This document shows, piece by piece, positions 22,856-34,204 of a stretch of DNA of 64,000 bases (positions are counted from its first letter, which is position 1; each line of letters starts with the position of its first letter). The DNA is from Rebecca billardiae RCC1528 (Eukaryota; Protista; Haptophyta): positions 186,001-250,000 of the forward strand of contig OZ251254.1 in assembly GCA_965240325.2 (NCBI GenBank), given 5' to 3'. A model generated the notes under the pieces. That model saw only the letters and a list, made by a program, of their open reading frames with translations. It did no database searches and was not told the origin of the DNA. The position numbers were made by a program, and so were the translations under genes.

Positions 22856-24380
22856 ATGCGGCCGCCGGTGCCGAGGGGCAGCCGGCAGCCGCTGTACAGC
22901 TCGCGGCGCGACGCGTGCATCGAGGGCCAGTCCGTCGCCGCCAAGCTCGCGCGCCGCGAGTGCTCGCGCCGCGCGGGCCTCACGTTCCGCAAGAACAGCA
23001 CGCGCGAGCGGTTTGCAAACTTTGCGCTGCGCGCCGAGGCGGACACGCACGACCCGGACGCGGCGAACCTGAAGCTGTCGTTCCTGCGCAAGCGCTCCAA
23101 GATCGTCGAGATCCTCGCGGCGAAGGACATGATCTTCGGCCTCACGCTCTCGGGCGTGTGCGCGGCGTTCTCGCGCGAGACGTGCGAGCGCATCTGCTTC
23201 CTCAACGTGACGTCGGACGAGGTGATCCGCTCGCTCTTCCACAACAAGCTGAGCGACTCGCTCATCACCGTCTCGGTCTACCGCGACGACAACTTCTCCT
23301 CGCTCAAGTGCCGCACCACGCCGCTCGAGTACGTGCGGCGCGGCCAGCCGGACGGCGGCTTTGCGCTCTTCGAGTCCGAGTCGCTCAAGTGGCCCGGCTT
23401 CGTCGAGTTCGACGACGTGAACGCGAAGGTGCTCACGTACTCGGCGCTCGACAAGGTGCGCCGCCGCCGCGCGCGCACGCGCGCGCGCGCACGCGCGCTG
23501 AGCGCGGCCGGCTCCTCGGCCGTCTCCGCGCGCGGCCGCACGCGCGCGTGCGCGTGCTCAGGTGTACAAGGTGTGGGGCATGACCAACTACGAGCTGCTG
23601 TACCGCATCGAGGAGCGCGACATCCAGGAGATCAAGATCTCGCCCGGGCTGCTGCTGCTCATCTACGCGCGCACCGCCTCGCACGTGCCGCTCAAGCTCC
23701 TCTCGATCGAGGACGGGCGCGAGCTGAGCGCGTTCCGCCACCTGCTGCACCGGCACCGCAAGGTCGACTTCATCGAGCAGTTCAACGAGAAGCTGCTGAT
23801 CAAGCAGGAGCACGAGAACCTGCAGATACTCGACGTGCGCACGGCGCAGCTCACCGAGGTCTCGCGCTCCGAGTTTCTCACGCCCTCCGCCTTCATCTTC
23901 CTGTACGAGAACCAGCTGTTCCTCGCGTTCAGGGGGCGGCAGGTGCACGTGTGGAACTTCAGGGGCGAGCTCGTCACGCGCTTCGAGGACCACGTGCTGT
24001 ACCACTCGGACTGCAACACGAACAACATCTACATCTCCGCGCAGCAGGACCTCATCCTCTCGTACTGCCGCTCAGTCGCCGCCGCCGCGGGCGGCGCCGC
24101 CGCGGGCGAGCCTGGCGGCGGCATGTCCGCGGGCGAGGAGGGCGCCATCCACATCTCCTCGATCGTCTCGGGCAAGTGCATCGCACGCGTGCAGAGCAGG
24201 CAGCACTTGAGAGACGTCACGGTGCGCGCGCGCGCCGCCGACGACGCCGACGCCGACGCCGACGCGCGCTCACACCCGCGCCGCCCGCGCCGCCCTGCGC
24301 AGGCGCTCTTCTTCAACGAGGCGCAGAACGAGATCTACACGGGCAACAAGCACGGCACCATCCAGGTCTGGGCCAACTAA
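22856..24380 (+). CDS. Conserved plant/algal WD40-like beta-propeller protein, 3 exons
   Basis: EVIRSLFHNK, ESESLKWPGFVEFDDVN, EIKISPG, FIEQFNEKLLIKQE, PSAFIFLYENQLFL, EIYTGN..GTIQVW. Exons 22856-23455, 23562-24221 and 24303-24380. Confidence 0.9.
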
Positions 24381-25041
24381 TGAGCGAGCGCGGGGCCCTG
24401 CGTGAGCACAGCCAGGGCGGAGGTGGTGGTCCGAGCCGCATGGCGACGCGAGGCTGACGACGCGCACGTGGCCGTGCTCACGATCGGCAGGGTCCCGGAC
24501 CGCGGCGATCATCGGGGCTTGCGTGCACGGGGCGACGGCCCCGCGGGACGGCGGTCAGTGCGGCCGCCAGCACGAGACGGACGGCAGCCGCGCATCGGAC
24601 GGTCCGACGCCGCCGACGCCGGGGCCGCGATGCGCGGCATCAGTTTCATGCAGGACGCGCGGATTCAGCAGGATGCTGATGAAAGCCTGATGATGATGCG
24701 GCGATGATGATATATGCTGACGATGCGCGATGACATCGCGTCAATACAACTACGAGTACGATCGACGCTCCCGGTCCCGGACTCGAGACGGGGCCGGCGC
24801 CGGCGCGGCCGCGACGGCCGAGCGCGTGTCCGCCGGTGTCCGGGACCGGATCAGTGTCCAGCACTCATCAGCAGCAATAATATATATAAACGCGCGCGGC
24901 GGCGCCGATGAGACGACTCGGCGGGCCACGCCGCACTTGCATCGTGACGACGACGTAATTTGCGCGCGCGCAGTCGCAGCGTCGTGACGTCGTGCTGGCG
25001 TGGCCGGTGGCCCCAGGCGGCCAGACGGCCGGCGGGCGCAC

Positions 25042-25789
25042 TCACTGGGTGAGGTCGTAAGGCGTCTGCCCATGCCAGCCGCGCGCACACACTTCGTGCG
25101 GTTTTCCTGGGTGCTTCATCGCCTCTGCGAAGGGCACGAGCATGGCGGCATTGCGCTTCGCGCCGTGGTGCTGATCGCAGTCCCCGGTGAGCTGGTATGT
25201 CGTGGAGAACACCCAGTCGGCGCGGCCGAGCCCGTTGTCGCAGCTCTTGGGCGGCGCGGCCGAGCCGACGGGCGCTTTGTCGTACCTGTCGCAGTTGAGC
25301 TCGTCCTTGCTGTAGCCCGTCTTGGACGAGAAGGCGGCGCACGCCGTGACCGTCACCAGCCCGATGTGCATCATGTTGTCCTCACGGTTCGCGATGCAGA
25401 CGCAGTCGTCGCCTTCGCACGCGATCTCGATCGTGCCGTCGCCCGTGGGCGACGAGCATACGCCGCCGCGGACGTGCGCGCAGCTGACTGAATGGGCGCC
25501 ACCGTCGTTCGGCAGCGAGCCGGAGTGGACGCACTTTCCCCTAGGCATGAGCAGGCCCGCGAGCAGGCCAACCACGAACACCTGCGCGCAGCCCCGAGAC
25601 GGGCGGCTCAGTCGGCCGCTGGCGGTGCGCAGATCTGGGGAAGGGCGCGCGGCCGCGCGCGCACGCGCGCACCCCGAGAAAGGCGACGACAAAGCCGACG
25701 CGCGAGGAGTTGTACGCTCGCTTGAAGTGGCCCGTCATAGACTCGAGCCGCGCCTTGTATTGCGGCGGCGGCTGCTCGATCACGCTCAT
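25042..25789 (-). CDS. Single-pass membrane protein with a Cys-rich C-terminal domain, 2 exons
   Basis: Exons 25789-25673 and 25581-25042. Splicing joins VGFVVAFLG|VFVVGLLAGLLM into one TM helix, followed by about 12 Cys. Confidence 0.75.
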
Positions 25790-25906
25790 GCCGCCCACTG
25801 CGTCGCCACCGTCGGCCGCAAGTCGAAAACACGACCGAGGTCCCGAGGCCGTGCCGGCCGGAGCGGGCTTCTCCAAAGATGAATCGTCGGGCGGCAACGG
25901 CCGACG

Positions 25907-27536
25907 ATGGAGTCGCTCGGCGCCGCCGTGCTCGCCACATGGTGTGCGCTCGCCGCGGCGCTGTGGTGGGGCCTCCCGCGGCTCGAGCGCGTCGTCGTGC
26001 CTCCGACGGCGAGCCGGGGCCGTCCGCTCGCCGCGTCCGCCGCCGCGTCCTCGCCGCCGCCGCCGCCCGGCGCGCGCACGCCACGCGGCGCGCGCGCGCC
26101 GCTGCCGCGCGGCGCCGCGCGCGAGTACGGCCGCGAGTGGCTGTTCGGCGTGCCGGCGCTGGCGGCGGGCGAGGTGGAGGCGCGCCCGCGCTTCATCTGC
26201 ACCTCCGCGCCGCTCGACGGCTGCGCCGCGCCGCTCGTCCTCCCCCTCGCCGACGGCGACGGCCCGGCCGAGCTCGACGCGGCCGCGGCGGGCGCTTCCG
26301 CCGAGGGCGCCGCGTTCAACCCGTCGCTGCTGCCGCTCGGCCGCGCGGAGGCGGCGGCGCTGCACGCGCCGGAGGCGGTGTACCTGGCGAGCGTGCGGCT
26401 CGACGGCAAGCACCAGTGCCCCCGCCGCGCCGACGCCGCCCCCGCCGCCGCCGAGCGCGCGCGGCTGTCCAAGGGCAGCGCGCTGCTGCTGCTCGACGGC
26501 CGGCTGCGCGTGCTCGCGCGCGCACGGCTCGGCCGCGCGGCGCGGGGGTGCCACCCGGGCGGCGCGGGGTTCGAGGACTGCCGCCTCTTCCGCGGCGCGG
26601 GCGCGCAGCCCTGGGCCGCCTGCCAGTGCTACCCCGGGCCCGCGGGCGCGGGCGCGCGCGGCGCCCCGTTCGTGGCGCCCCTCCTGCTCCAGCGCGCAGC
26701 GCCGGACACGCCGCTGCGCGCGTCCCTGGGCGGCGGCGCGCACGGCGGCGCGCGCGGCGGCTTCCTGCTCGCGCCGGATGGGGCGGGCGGTGGCGGGCTC
26801 CGCGCGAACGGCTCGTCCGCGCGCGGCGCGTCGCTCGGCGTGCGCGGCGGCGGCGGGCAGCGCAACCAGCTGCCGTTCCTGCTGCCGGCAGCGGCGGCGG
26901 GTGCGGCGGCAACGGCGGCGGCGGGCTCGGCGCGCCACCGGCCTTCGGCGCAGCAGCTGCAGCCGCAGCCGCAGCCGCAGCCGCAGCTCTACTTCCTGTG
27001 GCAGCTCGCGCCCGTGCCCGTGGTGCTCGCGGCGGGCGCCGCGGGTGCGGGCGCCGCCGGCGCGCGCGGCGCGTGCTGCGAGCCGCTGCGCGCGCTGCCC
27101 GCCGCGGCCTATTCCGCGAGCGCCGCGGCCGCGGCCGCGCTCGGCGCGCTCGGCGGCGGCGGCGCGTGGGCGCGCATGCACCTCTCCGCCGGGCCGGTGC
27201 GGCTGCGCGCGCGGCGGGAGCTGCTCTTCGTCGCGCACGCGCACCGCGCACGCCTGCTGCCCCCCGGCGCCGCGCCCGCCGCTCGGTTCGGCTCGCACTA
27301 CACGCACGCCTTCTTCACGCTCGCAGACAGCCCGCCGTTTGCGCCCAGCGCGGTCGGGCCGGAGTGGTGCGCGCCCGCGCCGGGCGGCGGCGGCGCCGAG
27401 TGCGACCTCGTGCAGTTCGTGCTCTCCCTCGCGCGCGAGGGTGACGCGCTGCTGCTCGGGTACGGGCGGAACGACTGCTCCGCCGCCGTCGCGCGCGTGC
27501 CGCTCGCGTGGGCGCTCGAAGGGCTGCGCCCGCTGC

Positions 27537-27572
<36 letters not shown>

Positions 27573-28891
27573 GGCCGGCGGCGGCGGCGCTGCCGCCGCC
27601 CGCGCCGGGCGGCGCCAAGGCGGCGCGCGCCGCGCCGCCCGCGCCGCGCGCCAACGGCACGGCGGCGGCGTGCGCGCCGCTCGGCGCGTCCGGCGCTTCC
27701 ACGCCGTTGCTCGCCTCGCTCGTCATCTCGCACTGCACCGAGCGCCTCGACTGGCTCCGCTCGCCCGCGCTGCGCCAGCTGCGCGCGGCGCTCGCCGCGG
27801 TGGACGCGGCGCGGCGCGGCGGCGGCGGCGGCGGGCGCGCCGAGCGCGTGCGCGTGCACGTCTACTCCAAGTGCGGCGCGCCGCTGCCGGCGGAGCTCGT
27901 GGCGGCGTGCGCGGCGGGGCGCGTGCTCGAGCTCGGCGGCGGCGTCGACGCCACCGCCACCGCCATGCCCAACCTCGGCTACGAGGGCGGCGCGTACCTG
28001 CAGCACATTGTACAGGCCACGGGCGCGGGCGGTGCCGAGGGCGCGCGCGGGCTCGCGCCGCGGCTGCTGTTCGCGCAGGGCGAGCCCAGCGTGCACGGCG
28101 GGCGGCGCGTGTGGGCGCGCGCGGCCGCCGCTCTCGCGCGGCTGCGCGTGCCCCCGCACCCCTCGGGCGGCAACACCTCGGGCGGCAGCGGCAGCAGCGG
28201 CGGCAGCGCCAGCGCCAGCGCCAGCGCCAGCGCCAGCGCCAGCGGCAGCGGCAGCCTGTTTGAGGACCTGGGCACCAAGTTCTGCACGGACAACGCGCAC
28301 GGCTGCCCGTGCATGTGCGGCAAGCCGCTCGCCAAGATCTGGCGGTTTGCGCACGGCGGCGGGCGGCGCGGTGGCGGCGCGGTGCCTGCGATGCCGCCCA
28401 CGCTCACGTACGGCCATGGCGCGCAGTTCGTCGCCGCCGCGGCCGCCGTGCGCGCGCGGCCGGCTGCGCTCTGGGCGCGTCTGCGCGCTCTCTCGTTCGC
28501 GTGCGCCACCCTGCGCCCCGTGCAGAAGTTCGTCGCCTCGTCGCTCGAGGCGCTCTGGCCGACGCTGCTGGGGAACCACTCGGGCGTGCCGCCGGACGTG
28601 GCGTGCACGTGCTGCAGGCGGCCGGTGCCGCGCGTGCCCGAGGGCGCCGAGCTCGGGCCGGGCGGCGAGTGGCGCACGCCCGCAGACGCGTGCGACGTGG
28701 CCGCGCTCGGCGCGCGCCGCCGCGAGCGGCCGAGCTGCAGGCCAGGCCCGCGCCGCGCGCGCCGGTCCCAGCGCGCTCGCGGCCGGGCAGCGCCGGTGGG
28801 CGCCGCCGCCGCCGCCGATGGTGCCGACAGACGCGCCGCGCGCGCCGATGACGACAGCGGCGGCGACGACGCGTCGCCAAACGGCTGGTGA
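25907..28891 (+). CDS. Type II membrane glyco-enzyme: GH130/GT91-like beta-propeller plus DUF3431-like domain
   Basis: N-terminal anchor. Propeller motifs FNPSLL, FEDCRLF, NQLPF, YTHAFFTL..PPF and VQFVLSL..LLLGYGRNDC. C-terminal LVISHCTERLDWL, VHVYSK, PNLGYEGGAYLQHIV, LFAQGEP and GAQFV. Confidence 0.7.
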
Positions 28892-29358
28892 TGCGCCGCA
28901 CCAGCTGACTGAGCCAGCCGATGGCGATCGGACGACGATGGACCGCGCGACGACCGACTGAGTTCGGCTGCGGCTCGTTCACGCCGCGGGCCGCTCGAGT
29001 CAGGCCGCCCGCGCCCGCGCTCGTCCGCTCGGCCTCGGGCCGGCAGCTGGCGCGCGGTCCGTCCCGCTGAGTCGTCTCCGGTCCGATTGGCCGAGACGAC
29101 AGTGCAACGCCCGCGCCGCGGCCGCCGGATCGACTGCTGATGTAATCGATGCGGCTGCTTTGCTGACGACTACTGAAGCAGCATCGACATCAGGCGGCGG
29201 CACTCTGACTCAGAAGGCGACGTGCTGAGCCGTAGCTTATAAGTATAGGCTAATTATAAGTACGTAGCACTCAAAGCAGCATTGATCGCGCGCCAGTCGC
29301 GTCGTAGCTAGACGCCGTAGTAATCCGAATCGTCAACTAACACTCAATAAATAGTATA

Positions 29359-30176
29359 CAGGCGGGGTCGTCTCATCAACAATAAGCTGACGATGTATAT
29401 ATATATGTATCTCTGTTTGTGCCACTGGACAGGCAGCATGTGAGCACTTGATTGCCTGGCTAGATGTGGTCTAGCACAGCCCACTCCCTGGCCATTCTGA
29501 CGAGTGGGTGGCTGCTTGGCCAGCTCTCCATGCTGGGCTGTGGTCACATCCAGAGTGCGCATGTGCAGCAGCCCAGGTGGGTGCAGCGAGGGGTGCGGCA
29601 GGCAGCAGTGGGTGGTCAGCTTGAAAAGCCATGCAGGCCAGCCACCAGCAGCTAGGCTGCACCGGAGCTCTTGGCTGCACCAGCCCCACTCCAGCCCCCT
29701 CAAGTCGGGTGGCTGGCCACCCTCGGGGTGTGTCAGCGGGTGCTGCTGCTGCGGCCTCCCAGTGCAGGGGAGCTGACCCGACAGGTCCTTGATGCGCAGG
29801 TGGGGGTGCGGGATTGGGCACTGTGCCACAGCAGCTGCATCCCATGAGCTCCCCCCCAGGTGGCATGCAGCCCACCCTAGGGGGTACCAGATCCACTGCC
29901 AAGCACAATTTAGGCCTGGTCTGTGTGGGCACACGGCCCGCGACCAGTGACGACAAGCCTGCGGCAGGATCTGGCCAGCTGCGACAGGCTGTACGCCTGC
30001 AGCCGTGTGACCTGCTGGTGTGCCCAACTCCAGCCCACGCGCGCTGGGGCTGACGCGCTGGGTCGAAACCGTCGTGCACGGGCCGTGGGGGCCGCCTGGG
30101 TCAGCCCAGGGGGGCAGGGTGAGCAGTGGCGTGCAGCTCAGTCAGAATGTGACGTTTTAAATTGTTGAGACCCCTG
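29359..30176. mobile_element. Old non-autonomous TIR element (~820 bp) with TA flanks and a CpG-poor interior
   Basis: The right end read inward is TA|CAGGGGTCTCAACAAT. The left end TA|CAGGCGGGGTCGTCTCATCAACAAT is the same sequence plus three 3-nt insertions. The interior is visibly rich in TG/CA compared with the flanking genes. Confidence 0.55.
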
Positions 30177-30757
30177 TAGTAGTAATAACTGCTATCAGCA
30201 CGACGATCGATACTAACGTACTACTTATTAGCTGACGATATGCTGCGCGCTATATTATTAGATGCTGCGACCTGCGTCGTTCGGCGCGACGATCGATCGG
30301 CTATATATAGTCCGCCCGGACGGCCCGGATCAGTCGAACGCGTCGCGGGCGCCGGAGCCGCCGGATATGTCATATGACTGATGCATGCTATTAGAGCAGT
30401 AGCGCGCCGGAGTGACGCGCGGCCCGGCCGGCAGGACTGACGATATAGTAGTATATGACGAGTACTTGACGACTGTCTGAGTGACGACGACGCGACGGAA
30501 GTAGCTAGTACAGGCCGCCGCCCGCGTATTTACTGCTCGCACTACTCACGACACTCGGGCCCGGCGCGGCATCGACTCAGACTGCTCGGCATCGTCCGCA
30601 TCGGCGGCGGCGCATCGTGACGACCCGTCTCGGGCGTGACGTCGACCCGCGGTGGCATAAGTGATCGTAATGATCGTCGTGCGGGACGTGGCGAGTAATC
30701 GATCGCATGCGCCGCAATGGCGGCCAATGGTCCCAATGCGGCGGATTATTAGATAAA

Positions 30758-30761
<4 letters not shown>

Positions 30762-30792
<31 letters not shown>
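30762..30792. repeat. (AG)n microsatellite
   Basis: Direct reading. Confidence 0.95.
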
Positions 30793-30796
<4 letters not shown>

Positions 30797-31442
30797 ATAA
30801 TAATGCCCGTCACTGCTGCTGCACTGCTGCGCCTGACGAGCAGTCGGATGACGGGCTCGGTACCGCCGAGTCACGGGCGCGGTCCTGGAGTCAATAACAC
30901 TGCTACTAATCGAGGCGGGCGCGTCGGCGCCGCCGAGTGCCCGCCGACTGCTGCACTCGGTTGCCGACTGGCGCGGTTGCGCGACGCCGGGACGGTTGGT
31001 CGTCCGGCGGCGAGTTGGCACCGACTAATATTATATTATTAAGTGATGTAGTAATCAGTATTATTCGCTAAATATAAATTTCACACAGTCGCGCCTGGCG
31101 GACTACTCGTATACATACGTGGGTCGTCGCCGCGCGCGTCTCAGTCGGGGTCAGAGTGGCAGCCGCACCTGCTGATTGATTGGCGGCGCCCGAAGAGCGC
31201 CGGGGCTTCGTCATTAAGCGGGCACGCGGGCGGCGGTCCGGTCTCCGGAACCCGGCCCGGACCCGGTTATCACTCGCCCGCGGGCCCGGCGCGGAGCCGC
31301 TGGCGAGGCGCGCCGCGCTGCTGCGCGGCGGGTGGCCGGCGCCACGCCGCGCTCCGCCGCGTGGCGTGCCGGGTGCTGCGCCGGCGCCGCCCGGCGCGCG
31401 CCGTCGTCGCTAGGTGTGTTGCGCGCGCGGAGGCCGTCTCTC

Positions 31443-32272
31443 TCAGTTTGAGGGCGCGCTCGCCTTCTTGGTGTGCCACTCCGGGATGAGCTTCTTGCGG
31501 ATGGCGGGCGGGTACTCGAAGAGCTCCTGCGGCTTGAAGTCGAAGAGCGGCGGGGAGGGCTTGCCGTTGGGCATCTTGAGGCTCTCCTCGCGCACCTCGT
31601 CGAACAGCGGGTGCGCGCACGCCTCGAGCGGCTTCAATCGCACCTCCGGCGAGTAGCGCAGCAGCCTGGAGACGAGGTCGATGGCCTCGGGCGGCGTGCG
31701 CGGCCTGAACACCTTGGCCCACGGGTACGCCTTGACCTGCGGGAACTTGTACTCGGTGTAGTTGGGGTTCATCGACTGGATCTCGTCGAGCGTCGGCGTG
31801 CCGAGCACCTTGATGATCTCCACCAGCTGGTCCACGCCCGACTCGCCCGGGAAGAGCGGCGTGCCGAGCAGCAGCTCCGCGACCACGCAGCCGACCGACC
31901 ACACGTCTATGGACACCGAGTACGCGGTCGCGCCGAAGATGAGCTCGGGCGCGCGGTAGTAGCGCGAGCAGATGTACGCGACGTTGGGCTCGCCGCGCAC
32001 GAGGATCTTCGCCGAGCCGAAGTCGCACAGCTTGAGGATGTGCGTCTCCGGGTCGACGAGCAGGTTCTGCGGCTTGATGTCGCGGTGGCAGATGCCGAGC
32101 GAGTGGATGTACGCGAGCGCGCGGAAGAGCTGGTACGCGTACAGCTTGACGGAGAGCATGGGCAGCGACTTCTTCTGCTTGGTGTGCTGGCGGAGCACGC
32201 TGTACACCGTGTGCGGGATGTAGTCCATCACCAGGTTCAGGTACGTCTCGTCCGGCTGCGCGCGAGCACGGC

Positions 32273-32308
<36 letters not shown>

Positions 32309-32891
32309 GCGGTCGCGGTGAGCGCGCGCTGGCGGAGGAGCGGCGCCGGGCCAGATGGCGCGGCGCGCGCGCGCGCGCGGCGCCACGAGCGCACGCCAGC
32401 ACGCCATGCCCCACTGCCCCACTGGCCCCACTGCCTCGCGCCCTGCCGCTGCACGCGCCGCGCGCCGCCCGCTGCCCGCGTTCGGCGTGGTGCGCGCGGC
32501 GTGGCGGGGCGCACCTTGTCGCCCTCCGAGTAGAAGTTGTGGTGCAGCACGGTCACGTTGATGTGGTCGAGCATCTTCATGATCTGCAGCTCACGGTTCT
32601 TGAAGCGCTTGTCCTGCAGCACCTTCTTCACCGCCACTTGCTGCGAGCGGCCGAGCAGCGCGAACGCGCGCGCGTGCTCAGGCGTGAGCGGTGGGCAGCG
32701 CACGGCACCGCGCGCGCGCGCGGGGGGGGCGTGCGCTGCGCGGGGCGCACCTTGCCCGTCTCGGCGACGACGGCCATGTACACCGTCCCAAACGAGCCCG
32801 AGCCGATCGCCTTGTCGTTCACAAACGTCCAGTCCGAGCCCTTGGACGGGCCGGCGCCATCCTTCCCCCCTTCCGCTGACGACGACGCCAT
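31443..32891 (-). CDS. GSK3: Glycogen synthase kinase 3 / shaggy-like kinase, 3 exons
   Basis: [75 protein letters not shown]. Exons 32891-32751, 32640-32515 and 32255-31443. Confidence 0.97.
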
Positions 32892-34204
32892 GGCGGCGCT
32901 GGGGTGCGCTGCGCGGGGTGCGAGCGAAGCGGAGCTCGGCGGGAGCTGGTGGCGGGTGGCTCGAGCGACCGAGTCGTCCACGCGCCCGCTTGCGCTCGCG
33001 GCGGCACGCGCCCCGGCCTGCAGACACGCGCGCTGAGTGCTGCCCCCCGATTCGACGGAGGACCTCCTCGCTTGTGCTTGCGGGCGAGATTTTGACGCTG
33101 CCGCCGTGGGTCGCTGGCGTAGTGAATAGGAAAAGTGGTTTGGGTCATCAACCACCTGTATGGCTAATCAGGCTGCCGCATACGCAGCCGGGTACCGAGT
33201 AACGTTGCAATGGCTGCGATGAGCGGCAACCTTATTATATTAAAACAGTCCTGCTGCATCGACGCGTCGTTGGGAGAGTCCGGTGGCTCCGCCGCTTTCC
33301 CGACGAGAGTTTACCCGCGCGCGCGCGGGTAATAAAATCGAAGTCGAAAGACCGAAATCACTGCAATGGCACCACGCGGCGCGCGCCCGTCGCACGCGCG
33401 AGCTGCGCGAGCGTGCCCCGAGTGCACGCCGACGGCGCACAGCGCCACGCCAGTGGAACCCAACGGGCTCTAGTGCGCACAGCCTGCGTCGCCCGGCCCT
33501 TGCTCCGCGCCCGCCCCCCCACGCGGCGGCTCGGCACTGAACCGGGCGCGGGCCGAAAAAGGCGTGACGCAGGCAGCGGAGGCCGAGTAGGGCTGGACAG
33601 CCGCGCAGCATGGCGCGGCCTGGACGCGCACGCTTCAGCTCCCCGCGCGCCGGGCGCGGATGCACTCTTCCCAGAGAGGCCCTTGTCCACACACGCGCGC
33701 GCGAGGCGGCGGCACACGCGACGTGAGCGCGGAGCCGCACGCGCGCGACGCAAGCTGTGCCCCGTGCGCACGGGCACGGGGCTGGCGAAGGGCTAGCGCG
33801 GTGCGCGGGGCTACACGCGCACATTCCGCTCCGTGCTGCTTTGACGGCTGCCTCCTCGCCCCGCATGCGTGCACCTGACCGCGACCGCCGTCGGACGCGG
33901 CCGGCCTCCGCGCCGGCCCGTCCGGCCAGAGCCAATGGCGGCCGGCTCGGCGTGCCGTGTCTCCAGGGCGTGTGAGGGCAGCGCGCTGCGCAGTCCGGGG
34001 TGCGCGGCAGCGCGCAGTGCCCCTCGGTGGGCCTGCAGGGGCGAGCTCGTGCGCACGCACGTGCGCGGCGGCGCCACTGTCTGTGGGTCGGCCCTCGCCG
34101 AGCGCGGCAGCGCGCGCGAAGCTTCCGAGTCCGGGCGGTCGTGACTCGTGCGGGCGGCCGGCCGCGGCGGCGGCTTCTCGCTTTCGACGACGCGCGCGTG
34201 CTGA

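Noticed and set aside
25541-28961. 1012-aa and 1083-aa Arg/Ala-rich ORFs, and similar long shadow ORFs across the window
   Set aside because: Alternative-frame or antisense shadows of real genes, caused by stop-codon scarcity at very high GC.
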